Shown here: in pieces, positions 12,921-27,389 of the stretch
How positions within the stretch are numbered: position 1 is the first letter of the stretch
Layout: every line of letters starts with the position of its first letter
Source: the human T2T-CHM13v2.0 reference genome, Homo sapiens
Assembly (NCBI RefSeq): GCF_009914755.1
Contig: NC_060947.1
Length of the DNA: 64,000 nucleotides
Reading direction: 5' to 3' (one strand)
The notes under the pieces: model-generated
Told to the model about the DNA's origin: nothing
Seen by the model: the letters and a program-made list of their open reading frames with translations, nothing else
The model's database searches: none
Program-made: the position numbers and the translations under genes

Positions 12921-14889
12921 TGTTTTTAACTTTTATATTAAGTTCATGGGTACATGTGCAAGTTCATTACATAGGTAAACCTGTGCCATGGAGGTTTGTT
13001 GTACAGATTATTTTGTCACCCAGGTATTAAGCCTAGTACCCATTAGTTATTTTTCCTGAGCCTCTCTCTTCTCCCACCCTTCACTCTCTGGCACACACAA
13101 CTGTCTCTTGTTCCCCTCAATGTGTCCATGTACTCTCAACATTTAGCTACCACTTATAAGTGAAAACGTGGTATTTCATTTTCTGTTACTGTGTTAGTTT
13201 GCTAAGGATAATGGCCTCAGCTTCATGTATGTTTGCGCAAAGGACATTATCTCATTTTTTTATGGATGCATAGTATTTCATGGTGTATATGTACCACATT
13301 TTCTTTATCCAGTCTACCATTGATGGGCATTTAGGTTGATTCTGTATTGTTGCTATTGTGAATAGGGCTTCAATGAACACACATGTTCATGCGTCTTTAT
13401 GATAGAATGATTTACATTCCACTGAGTATATATTTAGTAACGGGATTTCTCATTGAATTCTAGTTCTGTTTTTAGTTCTCTGAGGAATTGCCACACTACT
13501 TTCCACAATAGTTGAATTAATTTGCACTTCCACCAACAGTGTATATAAATGTTCGTTTTTCTCTGGAACCCACCAGCATTTGTTATTTTTTGACTTTTTA
13601 ATAATAACCATTTTGACTGGTGTGAGATGGTATCTCATTGTGGTTTTGATTTTCATTTCCCTAATGATCAGTGATGTTGAGCTTTTTTTCATATGCTTCT
13701 TGGCCACATGCATGTCTTCTTTTGAAAAGTGTCCAAAACACTGCTCAAAAATTCAGAGATGACACAAACAAATGGAAAAATATACCATGCTCATAGACAT
13801 GAAGAATCAATATCATTAAAATGGCCATACTGGGCTGGGTGCGGTGGCTCACACCTGTAATTCCAGCACTTTGGGAGGCCGAGGTGGGCGGAACACGAGA
13901 TCAGGAGATGGAGACCATCCTGGCTAACATGGTGAAACCCTGTCTCCACTAAAAATACAAAAGCAATTAGCCGGGCATGGTGGTGGGCACCTGTAGTCAC
14001 AGCTACTAGGGAGGCTGAGGCAGGAGAATGGCGTGAACCCAGGAGGCAGAGCTTGCAGTGACCTGAGATTGCATCACTGCACTCCAGCATGGGCAACAGA
14101 GTGAAACTCGTCTCAAAATAAAAAATAAATAAATAAATGGCCGTACTGCCCAAAGAAATTTATAGATTCAATACTATTTCTATCAAACAACCAATGACAT
14201 TCTTCCAAGAACTAGAAAAATCTATTTTAAAATTCATATGGAACCAAAAAGAGCTCGAATAGTCAAGGCAAACCTAATCAAAAAGAACAAAGCTTGAGGC
14301 ATCACGTTACCTGACTTTGAATTATACTACAAGGATCAAGTAACCAAAACAGCATGGTACTGACACAAAAACAGACACATAGACCAAAGGAAGAGAATAA
14401 AGAGCCCAGAAATAAGACCACACACCTACAACCATCTGATCTTTGACAAAGCTGACAAAAACAAGCAGTGGGGAAAGACTCTGTATTCAATAGCTGGCTA
14501 TCTATAGGCAGAAGATTGAAACTGGAACTCTTCCTTACACTGTAGACAAAAAAATCACCTCAAGGTGGATTAAAGACTTAAATGTAAAACCCAAAATTGT
14601 ATAAACCCTGGAAGGAAACCTAGGCAATACCATTCTTGACGTAGGAGTGGGCAAAGATTTCACGATGAAGACGCCGAAAGCAATTGCAATAAAAGCAAAA
14701 ATGGATAAATAAGATCTAATTAAACTAAAAATCTTTGCACAGCAGAAGAAACTATCAACAGAGTACATACAGACAACCTACAGAATGGGAGAAAATATTT
14801 GCAAATTATGCATCTGACAAAGGTCTGATATCCAGCATCCATAAGGAACTTAAACAAATTTACAAGAAAAAAAAAACGTTAAAAAGTGG
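12921..14889 (-). mobile_element. 5'-truncated older L1PA with twin-priming inversion (3' part 12921-13733 on -, inverted part 13734-14889 on +)
   Basis: L1PA 3' UTR and ORF2 C-terminus on -, ORF2 mid-region on +; TSD TCAGCCTCATCT at 12906-12917 and 14890-14901. Confidence 0.88.
13833..14134 (+). mobile_element. Alu (AluY-like) nested in L1
   Basis: Full dimer with GAGACCATCCTGGCTAACA and GAATGGCGTGAACC; TSD AAATGGCCRTACTG on both sides. Confidence 0.93.
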
Positions 14890-14901
14890 TCAGCCTCATC
14901 T

Positions 14902-15345
14902 CTTACTACTCTGTCCTTCACATTTGAACTCTGGGTACACTAGTCTTCTTTCCATTCTCTTATTATATTAAATGAAGCTCATTCTTATTTTAAGGTCTTT
15001 GCCTTTGCTGTTTCCTATGTTTAGAACACTTTCCCATCAGGTCTTCATGTGGCTGGCTTCTTCTCATCATTTAGGTTCAAATGCTACCTCTTCAGAGAGG
15101 ACTTCCTTGATCATCCAATCTACAGTAGACACCCAGTTACTTTTATCACATTACCCTATTTTAATATTCTTCATAGTACTCTGAGATATTCATCTTTTTG
15201 ATTTATTTGTTCAGTGTCTGTCTACATCGCTCCCTCCCCCTACATAAAAGGTAAGCTCCATCAGGGTAGAAACCACGTTTTTCTTTTTCAATACGGTATC
15301 TAGTAAATAGACACTCAAATAATATTTGTTCAGTGAATCAATGTG
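14902..15345 (+). mobile_element. L2 3' portion (upstream part ~12875-12917), target of the L1 insertion
   Basis: CATGATCTGGCCCTTACC before the L1; ends ...GACACTCAAATAATATTTGTTCAGTGAATCAATG. Confidence 0.75.
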
Positions 15346-17789
15346 GCATATCTAGGATGGGAAATCACATCTGTATGGCTTTAATCCTCTAGCTCTATAC
15401 TCTACTACCTCTCAACTTATCACTTGAGCCTTCTCTTTACACCAAAATGCGCTTCACATTGCTTTATGCACACTTTTAGCAGAATATGAACGTTGAAGAG
15501 CAAAGTGTTTTCATTTTACAATACAGTTGGCAAAGTACATACTTAATTTCCTAGATGGCTACTTTCGTCACACTATCTTTTTTTACTTTGGGGTATTTTG
15601 CAGATTATAAGGGTTCCCAAATATCCAAATGTTCAAGGAAGATATAAAAGAAAGAAGACAGACCTTGAACATATTTGAAACTCTTAAACTATATTCAGGT
15701 CCCAAGTAAAAAACTCCACTTTTCCTTTTGCAGTTTCCTGTCATTTAATTTGTGCCCTCTGGTATTTGTTGGCACTTTTGAGTTATATATTAGAGCTCTC
15801 GGTCCATATGGCATGTCACACAGCACATAAAGTTGACTACAAAGAAGTATCTTGTTACTGGTGATTCTGAAAAATATGTCATTCCTTTCAGCACACATTC
15901 CCCTGGTTGATTTGCAGTCTACTTCTTTACTAGAAACCACTGTCTAGCCATTGAAAGAACATGTTTTTACTAAAAAAGAAAAAAAAAGAAAAAGTGAGCA
16001 AGAAGGAAGGAGAAAGTGCTATGTGACTGGATGTCATCCAGGAAGTGCTTACATAGCTTTAACTGTAATGGAGTATAATGGCAGCCTTTTTCTAGGAGGC
16101 TCTGGGGCCAGTCCTCACAGTTTTCTGTTTGCAGTTTTACTAGGAGAAGTCTGTGCTGGCTTCTCAAATAAAACGTACTGCTATCATTATCTGCCAGGAT
16201 GCTAAGTGAAAAGATCCATTATTTTTGATATTTAATACCTTATAAATTATATGGAGATTGTGTTGACCGACAGGGACATCTGGAATGATGGTCAGGGATT
16301 TTTTTCCTAGGTCAGATAGACTGAGTGTCTGTTTGTTCATCAATGACCAGTTATGCATTCATAGAGAAAAGGTCTCTTCTCAGCTGCTGGTCAGCTAACC
16401 TCAGAGGAATTGGAATTACTGAGTTTGAAGGAGGAGATGCAAATGAGCAGTGGCTAGCTGGAATTTATATGGGATATGTATAGCTGCCTGTTTCCTAACA
16501 AAGGTGAATTGTGAGAGCAGACCAGGGCTTGAAGGACAGAGAAATTCTGTGTTGGTTAAGCAGAGCTGGATGTGTTTTTGTTATTTTTTCACCTTCCATA
16601 TTGGCTATCTCTGTAGACAGTTGAAGGTGCTTGGCTTTTGAATATTGGCCAGGAGTTAACTCATTTCTGACTGTAGTCTCCAAATTTGCTCCCGGATTCA
16701 TTCTCAAGAAGAAAAAGATGAAAATTGCAAACCCAATAGTAGTATCTTCTTGGTCTTGAAGACTTTTTATTCCACTGTTAATTCACCAGTTTTTTTCCTG
16801 CTGAAACACTTGCTGTTATGTTTCTGTCCACAGTTTTGGTTTGTTCTGGGGCATTTTTGGCTTCACATTTAAGCCTTAATATAGGGAGTGCCTGACACAC
16901 CCCTCCCTAAAGCAGGGCATGCCTGGGGATTAGCTGTTCTCACAAGCTGAGATGGATTTCAATGAGCTGTTCACTCTGTCTTGCCTGGCCCCCTGTGACA
17001 AATGGCATGCCTTTGCTAGGCAGCAAGCTGGGGCTGAGGCTATAGAGAAAAAAGTAAATGAAAAAAACCCTTTCACTAGGTTGGAAAAAAGGGCATGACA
17101 ATTAAGGCTAACAAGAAGGGCCATCTTCATTCAATTAACAGATGGTGAGTTAAATAGCAATGAAATTAATACTTTTTAAAATAAAGTCAGAGAATTCAAA
17201 GGCATCAAAACTGTTTTAGTGAATGTAATTGTTTTTAGCTAACCTTTAAAAATTTTAAATAGCATTTAACAATCAACTTCAGTGTTGTTTAAGCCCCAAT
17301 TAAAACACTGTACTCAAGAAGTCCCGGCTGTCAATTTTGTTTCTGCACATGGAGTTTACTGTGTGTGTGTATATGTGTATATGTAGTATGTGCACATACT
17401 CATAGAATATCCATTATATGTTACAGACATGTATCTCCATATGAGGTATGTATATCATATGTCTTTCCTTAAAACTCATGTTTTGTGAGTAGGTAATGAT
17501 ATTTGAAAAGGACAGTTTCTAACAGAAGAGCAACTTCAGCTACCTGATGGCCACAGACAGTAGGTATTATAAATTCCTCTTTAATGAAAGATAGGAGTGA
17601 GGGTAGGGTTATTATAATGGGAATATTTCTGCTGTGTTGCTTTCTAAAGAAACAAATATTATATAAAATATTATATGAGCTTTTAAAATGAAAGTCAATA
17701 ATATAATGGAATACCTCCCAACTCAACTCCCCAACAGCACCTATTTAGCAAAATTGTAGCTAATTATCATTCATTTATTATTTATAATT

Positions 17790-18035
17790 ATCATTTAAGT
17801 CCAAGTCCAAATGTCTTTTCCTTCTTGGAAAGTCTTTTTATTATCCTCAGGTAGAACTAGCTGGCCATTCTCTACTCTTGATTATCACAGCATCCCCTTT
17901 GTCATATTATATTACAATTTATTTTCTTTTACATTTGCCTCTCTTGTAAAACATATTTACCTCTGTGGGACCATTCACCTGGCAAATAGTGGCTGCTCAC
18001 TAAATGCTTGTTGTGTGAAAGAATGAGTGAGTGCG
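17790..18035 (+). mobile_element. L2 3' fragment
   Basis: CCTGGCAAATAGTGGCTGCTCACTAAATGCTTGTTG...GAATGAGTGAGTG terminus. Confidence 0.6.
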
Positions 18036-18077
18036 AAGGTGTTACATCATGTGGCACATACTGCAAAAAACTCTGGG

Positions 18078-18290
18078 TACAGTGACCATAATTTCTGAGT
18101 ATATTATCAGGTCCTATGGCCTATCAAATGATTTTATGCTGCTTCTGGGTAAAAGTGGCAGAGGTAAGAGATGTATTTTGAAAGACAAAGCATTGTAATT
18201 TCCAGGACTTCTCTGTGATTTATAAGGACATAGGATACAATACTTGAAGTTGGGTCTGTCCTGGAAAAACTGATATGTATGGCTGCCATA
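18078..18290. mobile_element. Possible hAT-type MITE relic (MER96B-like)
   Basis: Degenerate terminal inverted ends TACAGTGACCATA / TATGGCTGCCATA with internal CCAGGAC / GTCCTGG subterminal motifs. Confidence 0.4.
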
Positions 18291-18599
18291 GAAGCAGAAT
18301 CTAAAGAACACTTAGATTAGAGAGCATGCACTTGATCTGATAAATGTGAGCAATCCTCCATTGTAGGGTGAAGGCTGGTGGTTTATTCTCCCAGAAAGAT
18401 GGGTAATGCTCCAGGGATATTGTAGTCATGGACTGTGTAGTACAGAAATATATGGAGTGAGCCCAGATGACATAAAATTCACTCTTTGGAATATTTTTAC
18501 ATAGAAAGGATAAAATACATTATTTTCTGCATGTACAGAAAATGCATTTTCACCAATCAGTCAGACAGCCACAGGCTTTGGCGGATGTGACAGGAGGAG

Positions 18600-18850
18600 G
18601 GGTTAATATTTATTGCATGCCTATTATGTGCCCAGCACTGTACTTAGACTCTACTGTACTTTATCTCATGTAATTTTACCTTACAACCATTCTGTGGTAC
18701 ACATATAATCATGTTTTTGAAAATGGCTAGACCAAGGTTTGAGAGGGTTGGAGTTGGGATTCCATCTCAGCCTGAATAACTGCAAAAAGGGTAGAGGTAG
18801 ACTTCAAAGTTAGGCTTACATTACTTCAAGGTGTGTAAACTATCCATTGT
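18600..18850 (-). mobile_element. MIR
   Basis: ATATTTATTGCATGCCTATTATGTGCCCAGCACTGTACT...TTATCTCATGTAAT reverse MIR tail. Confidence 0.65.
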
Positions 18851-19039
18851 ACTTTGGTGACCGCTTAACTAATTGAATTAATACAAGTCTATGTATTGAA
18901 AGCAAATGATGAAGAGCAGACAAGACAGGCATGTGGCCGGATCTGGGGTTCCTTCTTAGAGAATCTATCTGACAGGATGAGGGTCAAAGAAGGGCTGAGA
19001 TCACCAAAGAGATGGTTACAGTCTCTGGGCCAGACATTA

Positions 19040-19235
19040 CCATGTATTAAACACATTGATAGAAATTTTTATGTAGCTTACCACATTTAATACACTTCCT
19101 CAAAACAATCTTGCAAGGTATATATTATTTTCTGAATTTTATAGCCAGAGAAACTGAGGTCCCTTAGGTTAAAAAGAAATTAGATAATTTGTCTAGGTCA
19201 CATAGTTGGTGGGTAATAACTCTAATGCTTGACAC
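19040..19235 (-). mobile_element. MIR
   Basis: GAGAAACTGAGG...TAATTTGTCTAGGTCACATAGTTGG reverse MIR core. Confidence 0.65.
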
Positions 19236-20519
19236 AGACACTCACTTACTGTGTTTTCTTTCAAATCCCAGCCATCCTTGGGTATATTTTGAGCCCACAC
19301 GTGTCTCTTCTTCTACTTCTACCCAAAGGGGGCCAGGCCGTGGTTGCCTCCTCCATAATGAACTCCCTCCCTTTTATCACAGGACTCAGACATTTCTCAG
19401 CAACGCCCAGGAGCAAGCCCGCCATTGATACTGCAAGTGACATACTTCACTATATATCTACTGTCATCCAGATTGTAAGACCTGTAAAACATGAACTTGC
19501 CACCCCTCTAACACTGGAGTTGTCAGGAAAAGAACTCTCAGAAAAAACAGCACTCCTGGTCTCTTGCAGCTCAAGATCAGGCTGCTACCTCAGCAAGTAA
19601 TCAAAAGTGTCAGTGAATATTCACGTTTTCTGGTGGGATCTGGAGGTTGCTTCTAAATGTCACTGTGCAAGTGGGGTCATGGGGAGTGAGAAGTGGAGAA
19701 GAGATTGAGTTCTGGGCCTCTGAAAATCTGCTAGTTATACTTTTCTCTGGAGGCATCTTTATGAGCTATGTGTGGAACCCTTCATATATATGCAAGGCCT
19801 GTGGAAACCAACATGTGCTTTCACTCACTCCAAATTCTGCTCCTGAATATCCCCCTGCCTTGTGTAAATAGCTCATGTTTGCCTCATGTTTGTCCACTCC
19901 TTGCCTCAAGGAAAAGCAAAAAAATGGCTGCAAGTTTGTCCTTCTTGAGAAGCAAATGTCTTGTGTATTTCTGATTGTAGAAACATATTCCTTCTTCCAT
20001 TTGTGTGGACAAAGGAGAAGGCCTAGTTAAACACAGCACAGGAATGGAGCAGAGAACTGTGAAAGTTGAAAAAAAAAAAAAAAGCATGGGTAGTCCCTCC
20101 ATCCCACTCTGATCTCCTTACCTTCTCCTGACAAATAATGTAACTACCAAGCATTTCCAAGAAACTCCTAAAAATCGTGTCATAAGCCTGTGGGATTTGT
20201 ATCATAAACTGTCAATAGTGTGTGCATTTTCTTTCAAGGCAAGTTACAGGTACTTCTACACATCAAATCTCTCAGTAAGAAATGTTTCTGTGGTGAGAAA
20301 TTTGCTCTATCAGAAGCATTTCTAAGGTTTAGGCAATGAAAGGTGGCTTTACTGATCTGGTGAAAGAAAACATTCAGCACAAAAGGTATTGCTGCTGGAA
20401 TGCAGAAGGGAACCATTACCTTTCCTCTGGGAAGATCAACAGCCAGAGCAGCATACGTGGCTTATGAATCAACTATTTGCTGGGAAGTTACACTGGCTAA
20501 TTCACCACCAGGTGAGAGG

Positions 20520-20588
20520 CAGCAAAGAACAGTGGGAAGAGAACTCACCTTAGAATTGGACAGACCTGAGTTCAAATCTCAATTTTTT
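20520..20588 (+). mobile_element. MIR 5' part, split by a 6-kb L1 (resumes 26584-26720)
   Basis: GGACAGACCTGAGTTCAAATCTCAA, continuing TTGGCAAATTACCTGAC...ATAAAATGAAAATA after the L1. Confidence 0.7.
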
Positions 20589-20962
20589 TAAAACATGTCT
20601 CTTTTTTTTATTTAAATTTTTATTTCCATAGTTTATTGGGAAACAGGTGGTGTTTGGTTACATAAGTTCTTTAGTGGTGATTTGTGAGATTTTGGTGTAC
20701 CCGTCGCCCAAGAAGTATACACTGCACCTAATTTGTAGTCTTTTATCCCTCATCTGCTTCCCACCCTTTCCCCCTGAGTTCCCAAAGCCCACTGTGGCAT
20801 TTTTATGCCTATGCATCCTCATAGCTTAGCTCCCACCTATGTGTGAAAACATACGATGTTTGGTTTTCAATTTCTGAGTTACTTTACTTAGAATAATAGT
20901 CTCTATCCAGGTTGCTGTGAATGCCATTAATTCATTCCTTTTTATGACTAAGTAGTATTCCA

Positions 20963-20964
20963 AC

Positions 20965-21020
<56 letters not shown>

Positions 21021-21040
21021 TCCAACATATATATATATGT

Positions 21041-21085
<45 letters not shown>

Positions 21086-21113
21086 ATCTATCTATCATCT
21101 ATCTATCTATCTA
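20963..21113. repeat. Compound (CA)n-(TA)n-(TCTA)n microsatellite inside the L1
   Basis: Directly visible. Confidence 0.95.
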
Positions 21114-24061
21114 TAGATCTCACACTTTCTTTATCCACGTGTTGATTGATGGGCATTTGGGTTGTTTCCACATTTTTGCAATTGCGAATTGTGCTGCTTT
21201 AAAGATGTGTGTGCAAGTATCTTTTTTGTATGATGACTTATTTTCCTCTGGGTAGGTACCCAGTAGTGGGATTGCTAGATCAAATGCTAGTTCTACTTTT
21301 AGTTCTTTAAGGAATCTCCACACTGCTGTACTAGTTTGCATTCCCAACAGCAGTGTGGAAATGTTCCCCGTTCACCACTTCTGTGCCAAAATCTATTATT
21401 TTTTGATTATGGCCATTCTTGCAGGAGTAAGGTGGTATTGCATTGTGGTTTTGATTTGCATTTCCCTGATCTTTAGTGATAATGAGCATTTTTTCATATG
21501 TTTCTGGCCATTTGTATATCTTATTTTAAGAGATGTTTGTTCATGTCCTTAGCCCATGTTTTGATGGGATTGTTTGTTTGTTTTTTTTTTCTTGCTAATT
21601 TGTTTGAGTTTGTTATATATTCTGGATATTAGTCTTTGGCAGATGTATAGATTGTGAAGATTTTCTCCCACTCTTTGGGTTGCCTGTTTGCTCTGCTGTT
21701 TCTTTTGCCATGCAAAAGCTCTTTAGTTTAATTAAATCCCAGCTATTTATTTTTGTTTGTATTGCATTTGCTTTTGGGTTCTTGGTCATGAAATCCTTGC
21801 ATAAGCCAATGTTTAGAAGGGTTTTTCTGATGTTATTTTCTAGAATTTTTATGGTTTCAGGTCTTAGATTTAAGTCCTTAATTCATCTTGAGTTGATTTT
21901 TGTATAAGGTGAGAGATGAGGATCCAGTTTCATTCACCTACATGTGGCTTGCCAATTATCCCTGCACAATTTGTTGAAAATAATGTATTTTCCCCACTTT
22001 ACGTTTTTGTTTGCTTTGTCGAAGATCATTTGGCTGTAAGAATTTGGCTTTATTTCTGGGTTATCCATTCTGTTCCATTGGTCTATGCACCTATTTTTAT
22101 ACAAGTACCATGCTGTTTTGGTGACTATGGTCTTATAGTATAGTTTGAAATCAGGTAATGTGATGCCTCCAGATTTGTTCATTTTGCTTGGTCTTGCTTT
22201 GGCAATGCGGGCTCTTTTTTGGTTCCATATGAATTTTCGGATTTTTTTCCTAGCTCTGTGAAGGACGGTGGTATTTTGATGGGAATCACACTGACTTTTT
22301 TGATTGCTTTTGACAGTATAGTCATTTTCACAATATTTAATCTACCCATCCATGAGCATGAGATGTGTTTCCATTTGTTTATGTTGTCTGTTTTCTGATA
22401 GGAGTGTTTTGTAGTTTTCCTTGTAGAGGCTTTTCACCTCCTTGGCTGGGTATATTCTTAAATATTTTATTTAATTTTATTTTATTTTTGCAGCTATTGT
22501 AAAAGGCGTTGAGTTCTTGATTTGATTCTCAGCTTGGTCACTGTTGGTGTATAGGAGAGCTCCTGATTTGTATACATTAATTTTGTATCCAGAAACTTTG
22601 CTGAATTCTTTTATCAGTTCTAGGGGCGTTTCGGAGGAGTCTTTAAGGTGTCCTAGGTATACAATAATATCATCAGGAAACAGCAGCAGTTTGTCTTCTT
22701 CTTTAATAATTTGGATGCCCTTGATTTCTTTCTCCTGTCTGAGTGATCTGGCTAAGACTTCCAGTGCTATGTTGAAGAGAAGTGGTGAGAGTGACTATCC
22801 TTGTTTTGTTCCAGTTCTCAGGAGAAATGCTTTCAACTTTTCCCCATTCAGTATTATGTTGGCTGTGAGTTTGTCATAGTTGGCTTTTATTACAATGAGG
22901 CATGTCCCTTGTATGCCAATTTTGCTGAGAGTTTTAATCATAAAGCGATGCTGAATTTTGTCACGTGCTTTGCATCTATTGAGATAATCATGTGATTTTT
23001 GTTTTTAATTCTGTTTATGTGTTGTATCACATTAATTGGCTTGCATATGTTAAACCCACCCTGCATTACTGGTATGAAACTCACTTGATCATGGTAGATT
23101 ATCTTTTTGATATGTTGTTAGATTTGGTTAGATAGTATTTTATTAAGGATTTTTACATCTGTGTTCATCAGGGATATTGGTCTGTGGTTTTCTTTTTCGG
23201 TTATGTCCTTTTCTGGTTTTGGTATTAGGGTGATACTGGCTTCACTGAATGATTTAGGGAGGATTCACTTTTTCTCTATCTTGTGGAATAATGTCAATAG
23301 GATTGGTACCAATTCTTCTTTAAATGTCTGGAAGAATTCCGCTGTGACTCTAACTGGTCCTGGACTTCTTTTTTGTTGGTATTTTTTTTATTACCATTTC
23401 AATATCACTGCATGTTATTGGTCTGTTCAGGGTATCTAATTCATCCTGATTTAAGCTAGGAGGGATGTAGCTTTCCAGGAATTTTTTCATATCCTCTAGG
23501 TTATCTAGTATATGCACGTAAAGGTGTTCATAGTAGTGTTGAATGGTCTTTTTATTTCTGTGGTGTAAGTTGTAATATATCCCGTTTTGTTTCTAATTGA
23601 GCTTATTTGTATTTTATCTCTGCTTTTATGGTTAATCTCGCAAATAGTCTATCAACTTTAGTTATCTTTTCAAAGAACCAGTTTTTTTTTTCATATATCT
23701 TTTGTATATTATTGTTTCAATATCATTTAGTTCTTCTCTGATCTGCATTATTTTCTTTCTTCTGCTGGGTCTGGGTTTGGTTTGTTCTTGTTTCTCTATT
23801 TCCTTGAGATGTGACCTTAGATTTTCTGTTTGTGTTCTTTTAGACTTTTTGATGTAGGTGCTTAGGGCTATGAGCTTTCATCTTAGCACCGCCTTTGCTG
23901 TATCTTAGGGGTTTTGATAGGTTGTGTCACTATTTCATTCAGTTTGAAGAATTTTTTGAATTTCCATCTTTGCAGGTTCCTTTTGGAGTTGATTCCCAGT
24001 TTTATTGCACTGTGGTCTGAGAGAGTAGTTGACACCATTTCAATTTGCTCAAATTTATTGA

Positions 24062-24513
<452 letters not shown>

Positions 24514-27069
24514 TTCCATTGTTTCTTTGTTGACTTTCTGTCTTGATAACCTGTCTAGTGCTGTCAGCAGGGCATTGAAGTCCTCCACTATTATTGTGTT
24601 GCTGTCTATCTCATTTCTTAGGTCTATTAGTAATTGTTTTATAAATTTTGGACTCCAGTGTTAGGTGCATATATATTTAGGATTGTGATATTTTCCTGTT
24701 GGACAAGGCCTTTTATCATTATATGATGTCCCTCTTTGTCTTTTTTAAACTGCTGTTGCTTTAAAGTCTTTTTTGTCCAATATAAGACTAGCTACTCCTG
24801 CTCGCTTTTAGTGTCCATTTGCATGGAATGTCTTTTTCCTTTACCTTAAGTTTATGTGAGTCCTTGTGTTAGGTGAGTCTCTTGAAGGCAGCACATAGGT
24901 GGTTGGTGAATTCTTATCTATTCTGCAATTCTGTATCTTTTAACTGGAGCATTTAGGACATTTACAATCAGTATTAGTATTGAGATGTGAGGTACTATTC
25001 CATTTATTATGCTATTTGTTTCCTGTATACCTTGCTTTTTTTTAATTGTATTTTTGTTTTATAGGTCCCGTGAGATTTATGTTTTAAAGAGGTTCTGTTT
25101 TGATGTGTTTCCAGGATTTGTTTCAAGATTTAGAGCTCATTTTAGCCATTCTTGTAGTGCTGGCTTGGTAGTGGTGAATTCTGTCAGCATTTGTCGGAAA
25201 AAGACTGTATCTTTCCTTCATTTATGAAGGTTAGTTTTGCTGGATACCAAATTCTTGGCTGATAATTTTTTTTTTTTTTTTAAGGAGGCTGATGATAGGG
25301 CCCCAATCCCTTCTATCTTGTAGGGTTTCTGCTGAGAAATCTGCTGTTAATCTGATAGATTTTCCTTCATAGTTTACCTGATGCCTTTGCCTCACAATTC
25401 TTAAGATTCTTTCCTACATCTTAACTTGAGATAACCTGATGGCAATGTGCCTAGGCGAAGATCTTTTTGTGATGAATTTCCAAAGTGTTCTTTGAACTTC
25501 TTATATTTGAATGTCTAGGTCTCTAGCAATGCTGAGGAAGTTTTCCTCAATTATTTCCCAAAATGTGTTTTATGCTTTTAGATTTCTCTTCTTCCTCAGG
25601 AATGCCAATTTTTATTCTTAGGTTTGGTCATTTAACCTAATACCGGACATCTTGGAGTCTTTGCTTATATTTTCTTATTCTTTTTTCTTTGTCTTTGTTG
25701 GATTGGGTTAATTCAAAAACCATGTCTTGGAGCTCTGAAGTTCTTTCTTCTGATTGTTTGATTCTATTGCTGAGACTTTCCAAATAATTTTGCATTTCTA
25801 TAAATGTGTCCATTTTTTCCTGGAGTTTTGATTGTTTTTATGTATGCTATCTATTTAACTGATGATTTCTCCCCTCATTTCTTGTATTTTTAAAGTTTAT
25901 TTAAATAGGGCTTCATTCTGGTGAAGGCTCTGGTGCCTTTTTGATTAGCTTAATAACTGACTTTCTGAATTTTTTTCACGTAAATCAGGTATTTCTTCTC
26001 GGTTTGGATCCATTGCTGGTGAGCTAGTGTAATTTTTGGGGGGTGTTAAAGAACGTTGTTTGGTCACATTACCAGAGTTGATTTTCTGGTTCCTTCTCAT
26101 TTGGGTAGGCTCTGTCAGAAGAGAGGTCTAGGGCTCAAGGCTGTTGTTCAGATTATTTTGTCCCATGAGGTGTTCCCTTGATGTAGTACTCGCCTCCTTT
26201 TCCTAGGGACGTGGCTTCCTGAGAGCCGGGCTGTAGTAGTTGTTATCTCTCTTCTGCATCTAGTCACCCAGCAGGTCTACCAGGCTCTGAGCTGATTCTG
26301 GGGGCTGTCTGTATGGAGTCCTGTGATGTGAACCATCTGTGGGTCTCTCAGCTGTGGATACCAGCACAGTATTTGGGGCATCTTCTGAGTCCTGCAGGAG
26401 CAATCTGCTTCCTTCAGAGGTTCTGTGGGTTCTCTCAGGTTTCTTGATTTATTCTTGCAGCAGATCTGAAGCAAAAGTTCATGATGTGAGACTCCATGCA
26501 CTGCTCTGTCTGTCCGAGTGGGAGCTGCAATCTAGTCCTTCCTCCCATCCGCCATCCTCCCAAGTCATAAATCTCAACTTTTTCACATTGTAGTTACAAG
26601 GTTTTTGGCAAATTACCTGACTCTTCTAGATTACAGCTTCTTCCTTATAAAATGAAAATATATAATAACATTTACCACTTAAGACGGTTGTAACAATTAG
26701 AGATAAGTTAGTGCCACCCCAAACCTGGTAGTTACATAAGTATATATAGAATATGCGTCAAAAAATGGAAATTTCGTATAGAACTTGCCCCTGAATAGCT
26801 GTATGACAATTAAAAAAAATTCTTCCTCTTTTTAGGTCCAAGTTGCCTTATGGGTAAAAGGAAGGGAGCATACTAGACAATTGTCAAGATCCTTTTCAGC
26901 ACTAACTTGGTGCAGTGTTAGAGCTGCTTCCCTGGAGATGCTAAGAAGGCTGGATGTGCTTCATACTTACTTGAAGAGTGATGCTTTTGCCTTTGGTCAC
27001 TTTGATTAGTTCACAGTACCAGCCCCAGAGCTGCAGCTGAAGCTAAGGAGGGGAAAAGAAGGAAGCACT

Positions 27070-27262
27070 GTGATTCTGTAACTTGGGAATGTCCCTCTCC
27101 CTTTTGCACAAGAAACATGACCTTCCTGGACTCCATTTTCTTCATCTTAAAATGGAGTTATTTTGTAGGGTTGTTGTGAGGATCAAATGAGGAGATCAAT
27201 GTAAAGCATCTAGTATAGTTCCTAGTACAAAATAGATAATAAATGACAGTTTATATTATAAT
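27070..27262 (+). mobile_element. MIR
   Basis: TTTTCTTCATCTTAAAATGG...GGGTTGTTGTGAGGATCAAATGAG...GTAAAGCATCTAG. Confidence 0.7.
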
Positions 27263-27389
27263 TGAGCTGGGTTCAGGCAATCAATACATAAGAGAAGTAC
27301 TTGTAAACAAATCCTTGGATAAAATCAAGATATTAGATAGATATATACCTTCCTTTAATATTAATTGCAAGATATAGTTATTGAGTACG

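Noticed and set aside
19189-20591. Several short ORFs in non-repeat DNA
   Set aside because: Lengths expected by chance, many with non-ATG starts, no homology or splice structure I can support.
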